The position numbers and the translations under genes were made by a program. Positions 38,794 to 48,270 of a stretch of 64,000 bases of DNA are shown here, one piece after another; within the stretch, counting starts at the first letter, position 1, and each line of letters opens with the position of its first letter. Source of the stretch: a bacterium (GTDB taxonomy: Bacteria > UBA8248); contig OY843592.1 in assembly GCA_963692865.2 (NCBI GenBank), positions 768,001-832,000 on the forward strand, written 5' to 3'. The notes beneath the pieces were generated by a model that saw only the letters and a list, made by a program, of their open reading frames with translations, had not been told where the DNA came from and made no database searches.

Positions 38794-39813
38794 ATGCGCA
38801 CTTATATCATCAGACGCTGTCTGCAAAGCTTCATCGTGTTCGGGGCGATCCTGATCATCGTGTTCTCGATGCTGCAGATCACGGGGAACCCAGCCGCTGT
38901 CCTGATGCCGCTCGATTCCACCGAAGAGGACATCCAGGCCTTCAGCAAGGAGATGGGCTTCGATCAGCCCATACCGATCCAGTTCGCCAAGTTCATGCTG
39001 GGCTCGGATCTGGTGGACGACCTGCTCGGCGCCGAACGAGAGAAAGAAAAGGTCGATGAACTCGAACGCGACCCCGATGCGCCCAAGATCGTGAGGACCA
39101 AGGGCGTGATTCGAGGGGATTTCGGCTTTTCCTACCGCCACGAGATTCCGGCGATGGGCCTCGTGCTCGAGCATTTCCCGAACACGGTTCTCCTCGCTTT
39201 GGCGGCGGTCCTGATAGCCGTGGTGATCTCCATACCCGCCGGGGTCTTGTCGGCGACTTTCCGCAATACGTGGATCGACTACACGAGTTCGGTCGGGGCG
39301 ATGTTCGGCCAGTCGATGCCGAACTTCTGGCTCGGTCTTTTGCTCATCATATTCTTCGCCGTGTATCTCGGCTGGCTGCCCACTTCGGGTTACGACGCCT
39401 GGTATTACATCATCCTGCCGGCGATTACGGCGGGGCTGTACGCCACCGCGCGCATCACGCGCCTCGTGCGCTCCCAGATGCTCGACGTGCTGGGGATGGA
39501 CTACGTGCGCACGGCGCGCTCGAAGGGAATCGTGGAGTGGATCGTGGTGGTGCGCCACGCGCTCAAGAACGCATCCATCCCGGTCGTCACCCTGGTGGGC
39601 TTCGAACTGGGCATTCTGCTCGGCGGCACGGTGGTGACGGAAGCCGTCTTCGCGTGGCCGGGGGTGGGTTTTCTGGTGGTGGACGCCATCAACAACCAGG
39701 ACTACCCCATCGTCCAGGCGGCGGTGGCCCTGTTGGCGTTCGTGTTCGTTTTCGTGAATCTCGTGGTCGACATTCTCTATGCATGGCTCGATCCGAGGAT
39801 TTCCTATAGCTAA
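38794..39813 (+). CDS. ABC peptide/nickel permease (DppB-like)
   Basis: MRTYIIRR, GDFGFSY, SMPNFWLG, DYVRTARSKG, DPRI. Confidence 0.93.
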   Translation: MRTYIIRRCLQSFIVFGAILIIVFSMLQITGNPAAVLMPLDSTEEDIQAFSKEMGFDQPIPIQFAKFMLGSDLVDDLLGAEREKEKVDELERDPDAPKIVRTKGVIRGDFGFSYRHEIPAMGLVLEHFPNTVLLALAAVLIAVVISIPAGVLSATFRNTWIDYTSSVGAMFGQSMPNFWLGLLLIIFFAVYLGWLPTSGYDAWYYIILPAITAGLYATARITRLVRSQMLDVLGMDYVRTARSKGIVEWIVVVRHALKNASIPVVTLVGFELGILLGGTVVTEAVFAWPGVGFLVVDAINNQDYPIVQAAVALLAFVFVFVNLVVDILYAWLDPRISYS

Positions 39814-39828
39814 GGGGTAAGGCGCACG

Positions 39829-40758
39829 ATGGTTGTCGACGACAGGGCGGCGACGCTCGACATCGAAATCGATGAGGAAATGGAACGCGGGCCGAGCGAT
39901 TTCCAGTTGGCCATGCAGGAACTCAAGAGAAGGCCGCCGGCGATCTTCGGCGCGATTTTCGTATCTCTCGTCATCATCTTCGCCCTCATTCCCGAGTTGT
40001 TCTCCCCGCTGGACCCGCTCTCCCAGGACCTGGGGCGCTACCTCAAGGCGCCCGGCTACGTGGACAAGGCGGGAGACACCTACTGGCTCGGCACCGACCA
40101 GCAGGGCCGCGACATTCTGAGCCGCATCATCTGGGGCTCGCGCATTTCGCTCATCGTCGGCATCGCCGCCGTCATCGTGAGCGGACTCATCGGCATCACG
40201 GTCGGCATCTTCGCGGGCTATTTCGGCGGCTGGGTGGACACCATCATCAGCCGCATCATCGATACGGCCCTCGCCGTTCCCTTCATCCTGCTGGCCATCA
40301 GCCTGGTGGCGATACTGGGGCCGAGCCTTCAGAACATCGTCCTGGTCATCGCGCTCAGGACCTGGCTCGTCTACGCGCGGGTGGTGCGCGCGGAGGTCCT
40401 CTCCATCAAGGAGCACGAGTTCGTCACCGGGGCGAAGGCGACCGGCTGCGGCACGCTGCGGATACTGTTCCTCTACCTCTTCCCGAACGTGGCTTCCACG
40501 ACCATCGTCATCGCCACCCTGTACCTGGGCCGGATGATCATCATCGAATCCGCGCTCTCCTTCCTCGGGCTGGGCGTGCCGCCTCCCACGCCGACGTGGG
40601 GCGGAATGCTCGCCGACGGCAGGAGCTTCCTCGACACGGCCTGGTGGATAGCGCTCTTCCCGGGCCTCATCCTCATGCTCACGGTCCTGAGCGTGAACCT
40701 TCTGGGCGACTGGCTGCGCGACGTGCTCGATCCGAGGATGAAGCGCCTGGCCGACTAG
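39829..40758 (+). CDS. ABC peptide/nickel permease (DppC-like)
   Basis: LGTDQQGRDILSR, LSFLGLG, WG.ML, NLLGDWLRDVLDPR. Confidence 0.93.
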   Translation: MVVDDRAATLDIEIDEEMERGPSDFQLAMQELKRRPPAIFGAIFVSLVIIFALIPELFSPLDPLSQDLGRYLKAPGYVDKAGDTYWLGTDQQGRDILSRIIWGSRISLIVGIAAVIVSGLIGITVGIFAGYFGGWVDTIISRIIDTALAVPFILLAISLVAILGPSLQNIVLVIALRTWLVYARVVRAEVLSIKEHEFVTGAKATGCGTLRILFLYLFPNVASTTIVIATLYLGRMIIIESALSFLGLGVPPPTPTWGGMLADGRSFLDTAWWIALFPGLILMLTVLSVNLLGDWLRDVLDPRMKRLAD

Positions 40759-40783
40759 CGCCCCCGGCGGGAGGATACCTTCC

Positions 40784-41776
40784 ATGTCGAACCCCGAACT
40801 TCCCCCGAGCGTTCTGGTGCGCGACGTCGTCATGCGCGACGGCATCCAGAACCTGAAACAGGTGCTGCCCACCGAACTCAAGGTCGAGATCATCGAAGGC
40901 CTGGCGGACGCAGGGGTCCGCCGCATCGAGGCCACGAGCTTCATGAACCCCAAGGCGGTGCCCGCCACGGCGGACGCGGACGAGGTGATGCGCCGCGTCA
41001 AGAGAAAGCCGGGCGTGCTGTATGAGTGCCTCGTCGCCAACGAGCGCGGCGCGCGCCGGGCGGTGGACGCAGGGAGCGACGGCGTGCAGCAGGTCATCTC
41101 CATCACGGACGTGCACAACCGCGCGAACGTGAACCGCTCCGTGAAGCAGAGCCTGGGGGAGATGGCCAAAATCTCCAAGATCGTGAAGGGCGCGGGGGTT
41201 CCCTTCAGCGGGGCGATCAGCCTCTCGACGGGGTGCCCCTACACCGGGCGCGTGGCGGAAGAGGTGGTCTACGACATCGCGGAAAAATACGACGGTCTGG
41301 GCGTGGACGAGTTTTTCCTGTGCGACTCGATGGGCATGGGCGATCCCGCGCGGATGACGCGCATGGTGAGCGAACTGCGCCGCCGCTGGCCGGAGAAGGG
41401 CCTCGTCGTCCACCTGCACAACACGCGCGGCATGGGCCTCGCCAACGCCCTGGCCTCGATGCAGGCGGGCGCCACGGTGCTGGACGGCTCTCTGGGCGGC
41501 ATCGGGGGCTGCCCCTTCGCGCCGAACGCCTCGGGCAACATTTCGACCGAGGACCTGGCCCACATGCTCTGGCTCATGGAGGTGGAAACGGGGGTCGACG
41601 TGGACGCCTTGATCCGCCTCGCGGAAAAGCTGGCCGACGCCATGGAGGCTCCCCTGCACGGCGCGGTGCTCAGGGCGGGCAAGAGCTTCGCCAAGACGCC
41701 GACGCCCGAATGGCTCCTGGTGGACGAGGACGCCCGCACCACCCAGGCGGTGGACGAGCTGGCCGTGCGGTTCTAG
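40784..41776 (+). CDS. Hydroxymethylglutaryl-CoA lyase family (DRE-TIM metallolyase)
   Basis: RDGIQN, HLHNTRG, GGIGGCPFAP.ASGNISTED. Confidence 0.9.
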   Translation: MSNPELPPSVLVRDVVMRDGIQNLKQVLPTELKVEIIEGLADAGVRRIEATSFMNPKAVPATADADEVMRRVKRKPGVLYECLVANERGARRAVDAGSDGVQQVISITDVHNRANVNRSVKQSLGEMAKISKIVKGAGVPFSGAISLSTGCPYTGRVAEEVVYDIAEKYDGLGVDEFFLCDSMGMGDPARMTRMVSELRRRWPEKGLVVHLHNTRGMGLANALASMQAGATVLDGSLGGIGGCPFAPNASGNISTEDLAHMLWLMEVETGVDVDALIRLAEKLADAMEAPLHGAVLRAGKSFAKTPTPEWLLVDEDARTTQAVDELAVRF

Positions 41777-41796
41777 GCGGGCGGGACGAGGGTTTT

Positions 41797-42856
41797 GTAG
41801 GGGCGCTTCGTGAAGCGCCCGTTTTTCCGCCGGGCAGGGCCGTTCTCGAACGGCCCCTACGGGTAAAACGCGGTTGATCCGAGAGGGACAGGTTTTTCAA
41901 CGGCCCCGAGGAGGGAGGGTTCGCCGGGGCGTGCGGCGTTCGACTTTCCCCGCCCTTCGACAAGCTCGGGACAGGCCCCTTCGATACGCCGGCTACGGTC
42001 GCCGTTTTGTCGTTTCTGTTGTAGGGGTCGCATACCATGCGACCCGCATCGTGAGGGAAAGGCCGGGCCGCGGCTTATGCAAACGCTCGTTCCTCACTCG
42101 CGTTCGACCCCCCACGCATCAGCCTTCGCGTAAACCGCTCGGCTTCTGCTACTCCCCCTCAAGGGGGGAGTGTTTCCATACCGCATCGGTGCGGCCCGCG
42201 TCAGGCGGCGAAAAAGGCCGGGCCGCATGGTATGCGGCCCCTACGCTCCGAATGCGACCGTAGGGGCGCTTCGTGAAGCGCCCGTTTTTTCTCCGGGAAG
42301 GGCCGTTCGCGAACGGCCCCTACGGGTGAGGCGATGGTTTTGCGGGTCGGACATATACGTCCGGCCTGCGGGCAGAACGTGGTTGACGCGAGAGGAACGG
42401 GTTTTTCAACAGCCCCCTACGGGTAAAACGCGGCTGATCCGAGAGGGACAGGTTTTTCAACGGCCCCGAGGAGGGAGGGTTCGCCGGGGCGTGCGGCGTT
42501 CGACTTTCCCCGCCCTTCGACAAGCTCGGGACAGGCCCCTTCGATACGCTGGCTACGGTCGCCGTTTTGTCGTTTCTGTTGTAGGGGTCGCATATCATGC
42601 GACCCGCATCGTGAGGGAAAGGCCGGGCCGCATGGTATGCGGCCCCTACGACCCCTGCAAAGAAGCGCCCGTTTCTCCGCCGGGCAGGGCCGTTCGCGAA
42701 CGCCCCCTAACGGGTGAGGCGATGGTTTTGCGGGCCGGACATATTCGTCCGGCCTGCGGGCAGAACGTGGTTGACGCGAGAGGAACGGGTTTTTCAACAG
42801 CCCCCTACGGGTAAAACGCGGTTGATCCGAGAGGGACAGGTTTTTCAACAGCCCCT
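41797..42856. repeat. Composite tandem REPIN/MITE array between convergent genes (about two 560-bp-offset units plus partial copies)
   Basis: 41855-42071 repeats at 42415-42631. GTAG-REP doublets at 41797, 42021, 42260 and 42581. TTTTTCAAC.GCCCC ends and CTTCGACAAGCTCGGGAC motif. Confidence 0.88.
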
Positions 42857-42879
42857 TCCCGGTCGCGATTGATCCGCCC

Positions 42880-44091
42880 TCAACCCAGGTCGATTCCCTC
42901 TTGCTCGAGTTTTTTTTCCGCGTAGCCGAGGCGCTCGATCAAGACCTCCCGGTTGCTGCTCCCTAACGGCTCGCCCGCGTGGCGCACCTTGCCGGGCGTG
43001 CGCGAGAGTTTGCCGAAGGCCTCCTGCATCCGCACCGGGCCGCCGAGTTCGGCATCCTCCACCTCGGCGATGTTCCCGCGCGCGACGACCTGTTCGTTCT
43101 CCACCACCATCTTCACGCTGTTGATGGGGGTGGCCGCGCCCTCGAATTGGGTCAAGCGCTCCATCACCTCACCGAGGGTCAAGGTGATTAAAGTCTTCTG
43201 GAGTTCGTCCTCGATGGCGTCGGCGTTCTTCATGCGCTCGCGGTTGTCGGCGAACCTCGGATCCGCGATCAAGTCCTCGCGCCCCAGTCCCTTGCAGATG
43301 TTCTCGAAGATGGACTGGTTCGAGCCCGCGATGAGCACCCAATGGCCGTCTTTGGTCTCGAAGTTGTTCCGGGGCACCGCGAACTCCAAGCGCGAGCCGC
43401 TCCTGCCCTGGATGAAGCCGAGCTGGTCGTAATAGATAACCTGGGGTCCCAGCATGGTGAGCAGCTGCTCGTAGATCGCGAGGTCTATCTGCTGGCCCGC
43501 GCCGCCCCTCCGGTCGCGCTCGTGGAGCGCGACCATCACCAGGAACGCCGCGCCGATGCCCGTGGAGCAATCCCCCAGGCCCCAGGAGGGGCTCAGGGGC
43601 GGGCCGTCGGGGTAGCCGTTGATGTGGCTGAATCCCGCGAAGGCCTCCGCCAGCGAGCCGAAGCCGGGGCGGTTCCTGTAAGGCCCCGTCCTGCCGAACC
43701 CCGTGATGGAGAGCATGATGACGGCGGGGTTCACCTCTTTGAGCGCGTCGTAGTCGAGTCCCCATTTTTCGAGCACGCCGGTGCGGTAGTTCTCGACGAC
43801 GACGTCGGCCTCGGCCACGAGTTTTTTCACCGCCTCGACGCCGAAGGGGGTTCTCAAGTCGAGCGTCACGCTCTTCTTGTTGCGGTTGATCATCTTGTAG
43901 TAGAGGCCCACGCCGTTCTTGTTGTGGCCCCAGAGGCGCATGGGGTCGCCGCCCCTGGGGTTTTCGATCTTGACGACCTCCGCCCCGTAGTCGGCGAGAT
44001 ACATGGCGCAGAGCGGCCCCGCCAGGTAGTTCGACATGTCCACGACCCGCACGCCCGCGAGAGGCATGCGCGCGGTTTGCTCATCGTCCAT
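42880..44091 (-). CDS. Family III CoA transferase (CaiB/BaiF)
   Basis: PLAGVRVVD, AGP, GAEVVKIE..GGDP, NRNKKS, ENYR, ITGFGRTGP, catalytic D in GDCSTG. Confidence 0.93.
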   Translation of the reverse strand: MDDEQTARMPLAGVRVVDMSNYLAGPLCAMYLADYGAEVVKIENPRGGDPMRLWGHNKNGVGLYYKMINRNKKSVTLDLRTPFGVEAVKKLVAEADVVVENYRTGVLEKWGLDYDALKEVNPAVIMLSITGFGRTGPYRNRPGFGSLAEAFAGFSHINGYPDGPPLSPSWGLGDCSTGIGAAFLVMVALHERDRRGGAGQQIDLAIYEQLLTMLGPQVIYYDQLGFIQGRSGSRLEFAVPRNNFETKDGHWVLIAGSNQSIFENICKGLGREDLIADPRFADNRERMKNADAIEDELQKTLITLTLGEVMERLTQFEGAATPINSVKMVVENEQVVARGNIAEVEDAELGGPVRMQEAFGKLSRTPGKVRHAGEPLGSSNREVLIERLGYAEKKLEQEGIDLG

Positions 44092-44199
44092 GGGTTGTCC
44101 TCACGAGAAAGCCTTCGCCCGCGTGTTCAGGAAACGGGGGGAATGCTATCATCCGGCGAAGCCTTTTGGAATCAACCGAACGCCTTGCGGGGAGGAAAC

Positions 44200-45312
44200 A
44201 TGGGCTACCGGGGAATGCACGTCGTGGACGCCGACGCGCACTATCTCGAGGAAATCCGCGATTTCGCCAGGTATCTCGATGGCCCTTCCGTCGAGCGCTT
44301 CGCCGACTGGAGCGGGCGGTACCACATGCCCGCCCTGGTGGGGGATCAGTACGACGTCATGCTGCATGGGCGCACCGTGCGGGGCGCTGAGGCGGGCAAG
44401 GGCGATCAGGACGAGATGCTCGGCATGTCGAGTCCCGCCGACATCCCCGTCGTGATGGAGCGCTTCGGGGTCGACACCATCGTCATGATCCCCACCTACA
44501 TGCTCATGGTCGAGTTCGTGCGAAACGCGAACCACGCGATGGACATCTGCAACGGCTACATCGACTACATGCTGGACGGCGTGTGCGCCCCCGAGGAGGG
44601 AATCTACACGCTGGTGGTGGCCGCGGGCCGCGACCCCGAGCGCGCCGCGAAGATGATAGACCGCGTGGCGGGCCACCCGGCCGTGTGCGGGGTGGAGATG
44701 CTCGGAAGCGCCGAGCTTCCCCTGGGGGCGGAGGCGTACAACCCCATCTACGAGGCGGCCCAGCACCACGGACTCCCTATCGTCCTGCACGCGAACTTCC
44801 TGGGGCCGGATCTGTCCAGCTTCGCCAAGTTTCCCACCTTCGTCGAGAGCCACGCGCTGGACATGACCTGGTGCAACCAGGTGCAGCTCGTGAGCATGGT
44901 GATGGAGGGCGTGCCCGAGCGCTTCCCGGATCTCAAGATCGTCTTTCAGGAAAGCGGCATCACCTGGGTGGCGGGCCTCATGTACCGCCTCGACACCGAA
45001 TACATGCGCCGCCGCGCCGAGGCGCCTCTGCTCAGGAAGCTGCCGAGCGAATACGTCAGGGATTTCTATTTCGGCACCCAGCCGATGGAGGAGATGCCGA
45101 GGAAGCACTTGAAGATGTTCTTCGACCTGCTGGACGGTGAGAACGCCTTCATCTACGCGAGCGACTGGCCCCATTTCGATTACGACGAGCCATCGGCGGT
45201 CGCCGACCTCCCGTTCCTGAGCGAGTCGGGCCGCCGCAAGATCATGGGCGAGAACGCGCTGGGCGTCTTTCGCTTCACGGAAAAGACGGTGAACCTGGAG
45301 GTGGGCGCCTAG
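44200..45312 (+). CDS. Amidohydrolase_2 family protein, probable amidohydrolase-related dinuclear oxygenase (PtmU3/AibH-like)
   Basis: ATG at 44200 behind GGAGG. DADAH, VLH, FQESG, TQPME and ASDWPHFDYD. Stop codon abuts a Rieske ferredoxin gene. Confidence 0.8.
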   Translation: MGYRGMHVVDADAHYLEEIRDFARYLDGPSVERFADWSGRYHMPALVGDQYDVMLHGRTVRGAEAGKGDQDEMLGMSSPADIPVVMERFGVDTIVMIPTYMLMVEFVRNANHAMDICNGYIDYMLDGVCAPEEGIYTLVVAAGRDPERAAKMIDRVAGHPAVCGVEMLGSAELPLGAEAYNPIYEAAQHHGLPIVLHANFLGPDLSSFAKFPTFVESHALDMTWCNQVQLVSMVMEGVPERFPDLKIVFQESGITWVAGLMYRLDTEYMRRRAEAPLLRKLPSEYVRDFYFGTQPMEEMPRKHLKMFFDLLDGENAFIYASDWPHFDYDEPSAVADLPFLSESGRRKIMGENALGVFRFTEKTVNLEVGA

Positions 45313-45690
45313 ATGGCGAGGCGGCTCTGGGCGGCGCGCGCCTCCGAAATCGGCCCCGGCGAGCGGATTCGCCTGGAACTCGGCGGCCTCAAGCTCGGCA
45401 TTTTCCGGCTGATCGACGGCTTTTTCGCGCTGGAGGACAAATGCCCCCACCAGCAGGGCCCCGTCTGTTCCGGGAACGTCTTCCGCGAGATCACGGCTTA
45501 CGTTGGCGATGACGGCAGGGTGCGCGAGCGCTACGCGCGTGATGAGGCGGACGTGGTCGCGTGCCCCATGCACGGCTGGGAGTTCGAGATCAGGACGGGG
45601 GAGTGCCTCGCCGACCGCCAGCGGAAAGTCCGGCGCTTTCCCGTGGAAGTCGACGGGGAGGACCTCTACGTCCTCCTGCCTGGAGGGTGA
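45313..45690 (+). CDS. Rieske [2Fe-2S] ferredoxin
   Basis: CPHQ...CPMHGWEF ligands with an extended inter-motif loop. Confidence 0.92.
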   Translation: MARRLWAARASEIGPGERIRLELGGLKLGIFRLIDGFFALEDKCPHQQGPVCSGNVFREITAYVGDDGRVRERYARDEADVVACPMHGWEFEIRTGECLADRQRKVRRFPVEVDGEDLYVLLPGG

Positions 45691-45807
45691 GGGGGGCTGA
45701 ACTAGCCAGTTAATGTTAAATGTTATACATGTTTTTGTATGATTTCCCTTAAAATTTCATTTTGTTGAATAATTCAGAAACGAATCTCCGCAGGAGGGAT
45801 ATAGAAA

Positions 45808-46743
45808 ATGGATGTCCTTGAATTTGGTCTGGCAAATGGTGTTGTAATTATTGTGGTCTTGTTCGCTTTGTTGATTATCAAGAAAGGCGTAAAAATTGTT
45901 CCGCAGTCGGAGGTCTTCATAGTAGAAAGGTTTGGTAAATACACACGGACACTGACAGCAGGGCTGAACCTTGTCGTACCTTTCCTTGACAAGATATCCC
46001 GTCGGATATCAATACTCGAACGCCAGCTTCCAGAATTCTCGATTAGTGTGATTACACGAGACAACGTCGAAGTTAGTCTTGAATCCACAGTTTTTTATCG
46101 AATTGTCGACGCCGCTCGTTCTGTGTACCGAATTCGAGATGTTGATTCGGCCCTTCACACTGAGGCATCGTCGATTGTGCGCTCGGCGGCTGGCCGTCTT
46201 GAACTAGATGAGTTGCAATCGTCGCGCGAATCAATGAACCAAGAAATTGGCGAGAACCTCCAAGCCAAATCAGACGAATGGGGCCTCGAAATTACTTCGA
46301 CGGCGATAATTGATGTTGTGGTCGACAATCAGACTAAAGATGCACAGCGTCAGCAGTTGAATGCCGAGCGTGAACGACGCGCCGCGATCGCTCGTGCGGA
46401 AGGAGACAGGCGCGCTGTTGAGTTGGCAGCAGAAGCCAAACTGTTCGAAGCGCAGAAAGAGGCAGAAGCGCTTCGCCTGACTGCCGATGCCGAAGCCTAC
46501 TCGGTACGTGTAAAGGCAGAGGCAGATGCTGAACAAACCCGACTTATCGCCTTAGCAATTGCTGAAAACGGTCAGCCAGCCATCAATTTTGAAGTGTTAA
46601 AGCGTCAAGTCGATGCTCTTGGCCAACTCGCTTCCTCACCAAACGCCAAGACTGTTGTGGTGCCAACCGATATCACGGGTGTCATCGGTTCTCTGCAATT
46701 ACTTGCAGAAAACTTTCAAAGGCCGACAAATGGGAATACTTAG
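45808..46743 (+). CDS. SPFH/band 7 (stomatin/QmcA-like) protein
   Basis: N-terminal transmembrane segment, VERFGKY, ITRDNV, AERERRA...AEG coiled coil. Low GC. Confidence 0.92.
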   Translation: MDVLEFGLANGVVIIVVLFALLIIKKGVKIVPQSEVFIVERFGKYTRTLTAGLNLVVPFLDKISRRISILERQLPEFSISVITRDNVEVSLESTVFYRIVDAARSVYRIRDVDSALHTEASSIVRSAAGRLELDELQSSRESMNQEIGENLQAKSDEWGLEITSTAIIDVVVDNQTKDAQRQQLNAERERRAAIARAEGDRRAVELAAEAKLFEAQKEAEALRLTADAEAYSVRVKAEADAEQTRLIALAIAENGQPAINFEVLKRQVDALGQLASSPNAKTVVVPTDITGVIGSLQLLAENFQRPTNGNT

Positions 46744-47038
46744 CGCCATAACATATTGGGTATTTTTGCCTGAAACTTGGGTGCTTCTCGCGCTTGTTCT
46801 GATTTGCGCCGATATTTTGCTTGCCTTTGATTTCTTCGTATTGTCAATAGGTATTGCTGCCCTAATTCTTGCTGGCCTTTTGTTCATGGAAAGAAATCTT
46901 TGGCTGGGTGATATCATGTTATTCCAGACTTGGCGTGATATCGCTTTTTGGTTTGCCGGTCTGTCGATTGGTTCAACAATTCTTATACGATTGATGTTGC
47001 AACGTCGCCATGTTGATTCGGATATCAATGAATACTGA
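46730..47038 (+). CDS. Short NfeD-like membrane protein
   Basis: W.LLALVLI..DI...FFVLSIGIAA, three hydrophobic segments. Overlaps the SPFH gene end. No C-terminal OB-fold visible. Confidence 0.7.
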   Translation: MGILSAITYWVFLPETWVLLALVLICADILLAFDFFVLSIGIAALILAGLLFMERNLWLGDIMLFQTWRDIAFWFAGLSIGSTILIRLMLQRRHVDSDINEY

Positions 47039-47116
47039 TACTGAAATACTTGCGAGCCGATAAAGACCCGGTTAAGAGAAGGAAATTATCTAAAGGCGCA
47101 ATCTGGAGGGGAAACG

Positions 47117-47509
47117 ATGTCCATGCCCGCCTACGGATACGATCACTTACACTTTCGAAGCGAGGACCCCCGCGCCGCCGCAAAGTTCTGGGAGGAGATG
47201 TTCGGCGCGAAGGTGGTGGACGAGGGCGACCTGGGCGGCTCGCCGATTTTCAGCTTCGATCTGAACGGGATGCGTTTCCTGGTCTCGGGCCGTGCGGAGG
47301 GCGAGAACCCCGTGCGCACGACGAGCGACCCGCGCTACGGGCTGGACCATTTCGGCCTCGTCGTCGACGACATGGATGCGGCCGAGGCCGACCTGCGCGC
47401 GAAGGGGGCCGACTTCATCTGCGACCCGTGGGAGATCGGCCCGGGCACGAAGATCGCCTTCATCAGAGGGCCGGACGACATCAGCATCGAGCTCGTCTCG
47501 CGCGGCTAA
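47117..47509 (+). CDS. VOC/glyoxalase family protein
   Basis: DHLH, GLDHFG, IAFIRGPD...IEL. Confidence 0.88.
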   Translation: MSMPAYGYDHLHFRSEDPRAAAKFWEEMFGAKVVDEGDLGGSPIFSFDLNGMRFLVSGRAEGENPVRTTSDPRYGLDHFGLVVDDMDAAEADLRAKGADFICDPWEIGPGTKIAFIRGPDDISIELVSRG

Positions 47510-47637
47510 GGCATGAGCCTCGGCCTTGGGATAATGCCAAGCCGGGCGAGGTTTCCCTGAAACCTGCCGAAAAGGGGCTGTTGGAGAAAAATCCGTTTAT
47601 GGCCCCTGTCGGTGAGGTGATGATCCCGTAGTGACAG

Positions 47638-48270
47638 CCCCTCCTGGGGCCTGTTCCTACACACGTCGTTCGAGTGGCGGTGTAGGGGCCGGTGTAGGGG
47701 CCGCATATCATGCGGCCCGGCCTTTCCGCCTTCACGATGCGGGTCGCATGGTATGCGACCCCTACAACAGAAACGACAAAACGGCGACCGTAGCCGGACA
47801 GACGCGGAGGCCCGTCCCGAGCTTGTCGAAGGGCGGGGAAGTCGAACGCCGCGCGCCCCGGCGAACCCTCCCTCATCGGGGTTGTTCCTACACACTTCGT
47901 TCGAGTGGCGGTGTAGGGGCCGCATATCATGCGGCCCTGCCTTTCCTTCACGATGCGGGTCGCATGATATGCGACCCCTACAACAGAAACGACAAAACGG
48001 CGACCGTAGCCGGACAGACGCGGAGGCCTGTCCCGAGCTTGTCGAAGGGCGGGGAAAGTCGAACGCCACGCGCCCCGGCGAACCCTCCCTCCTGGGGCCT
48101 GTTCCTACACACGTCGTTCGAGTGGCGGTGTATGTCGGACATATATGTCCGACCTACAACAGAAACGACAAAACGGCGACCGTAGCCGGACAGACGCGGA
48201 GGCCCGTCCCGAGCTTGTCGAAGGGCGGGGAAAGTCGAACGCCGCGCGCCCCGGCGAACCCTCCCTCATC
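47638..48270. repeat. Three tandem composite REPIN units (~232, ~217 and ~184 bp)
   Basis: Units start at 47638, 47870 and 48087. Each carries GTTCCTACACAC.TCGTTCGAGTGGCGGTGTA, a REP palindrome, CTACAACAGAAACGACAAAACGGCGACCGTAGCCGG and CCCGAGCTTGTCGAAGGG. They are reverse complements of the 41.9/42.5 kb units. Confidence 0.9.

Noticed and set aside
38767-41178. Long antisense or alternate-frame ORFs (e.g. 803 aa here; also 4646-7297, 8254-10473, 17051-18832, 55610-57637)
   Set aside because: These are high-GC shadow ORFs overlapping well-supported genes, with R/G/P/A-rich or antisense-type composition and no family motifs.
43342-45312. 656-aa ORF suggesting an N-terminally extended or fused amidohydrolase
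   Set aside because: The first 286 codons are the antisense shadow of the CoA transferase. The real start is ATG 44200 with a GGAGG RBS.
47638-48270. Tandem array as a CRISPR
   Set aside because: Units are 180-230 bp and repeat in full with no unique spacers, and there are no cas genes. It is a composite REPIN tandem.
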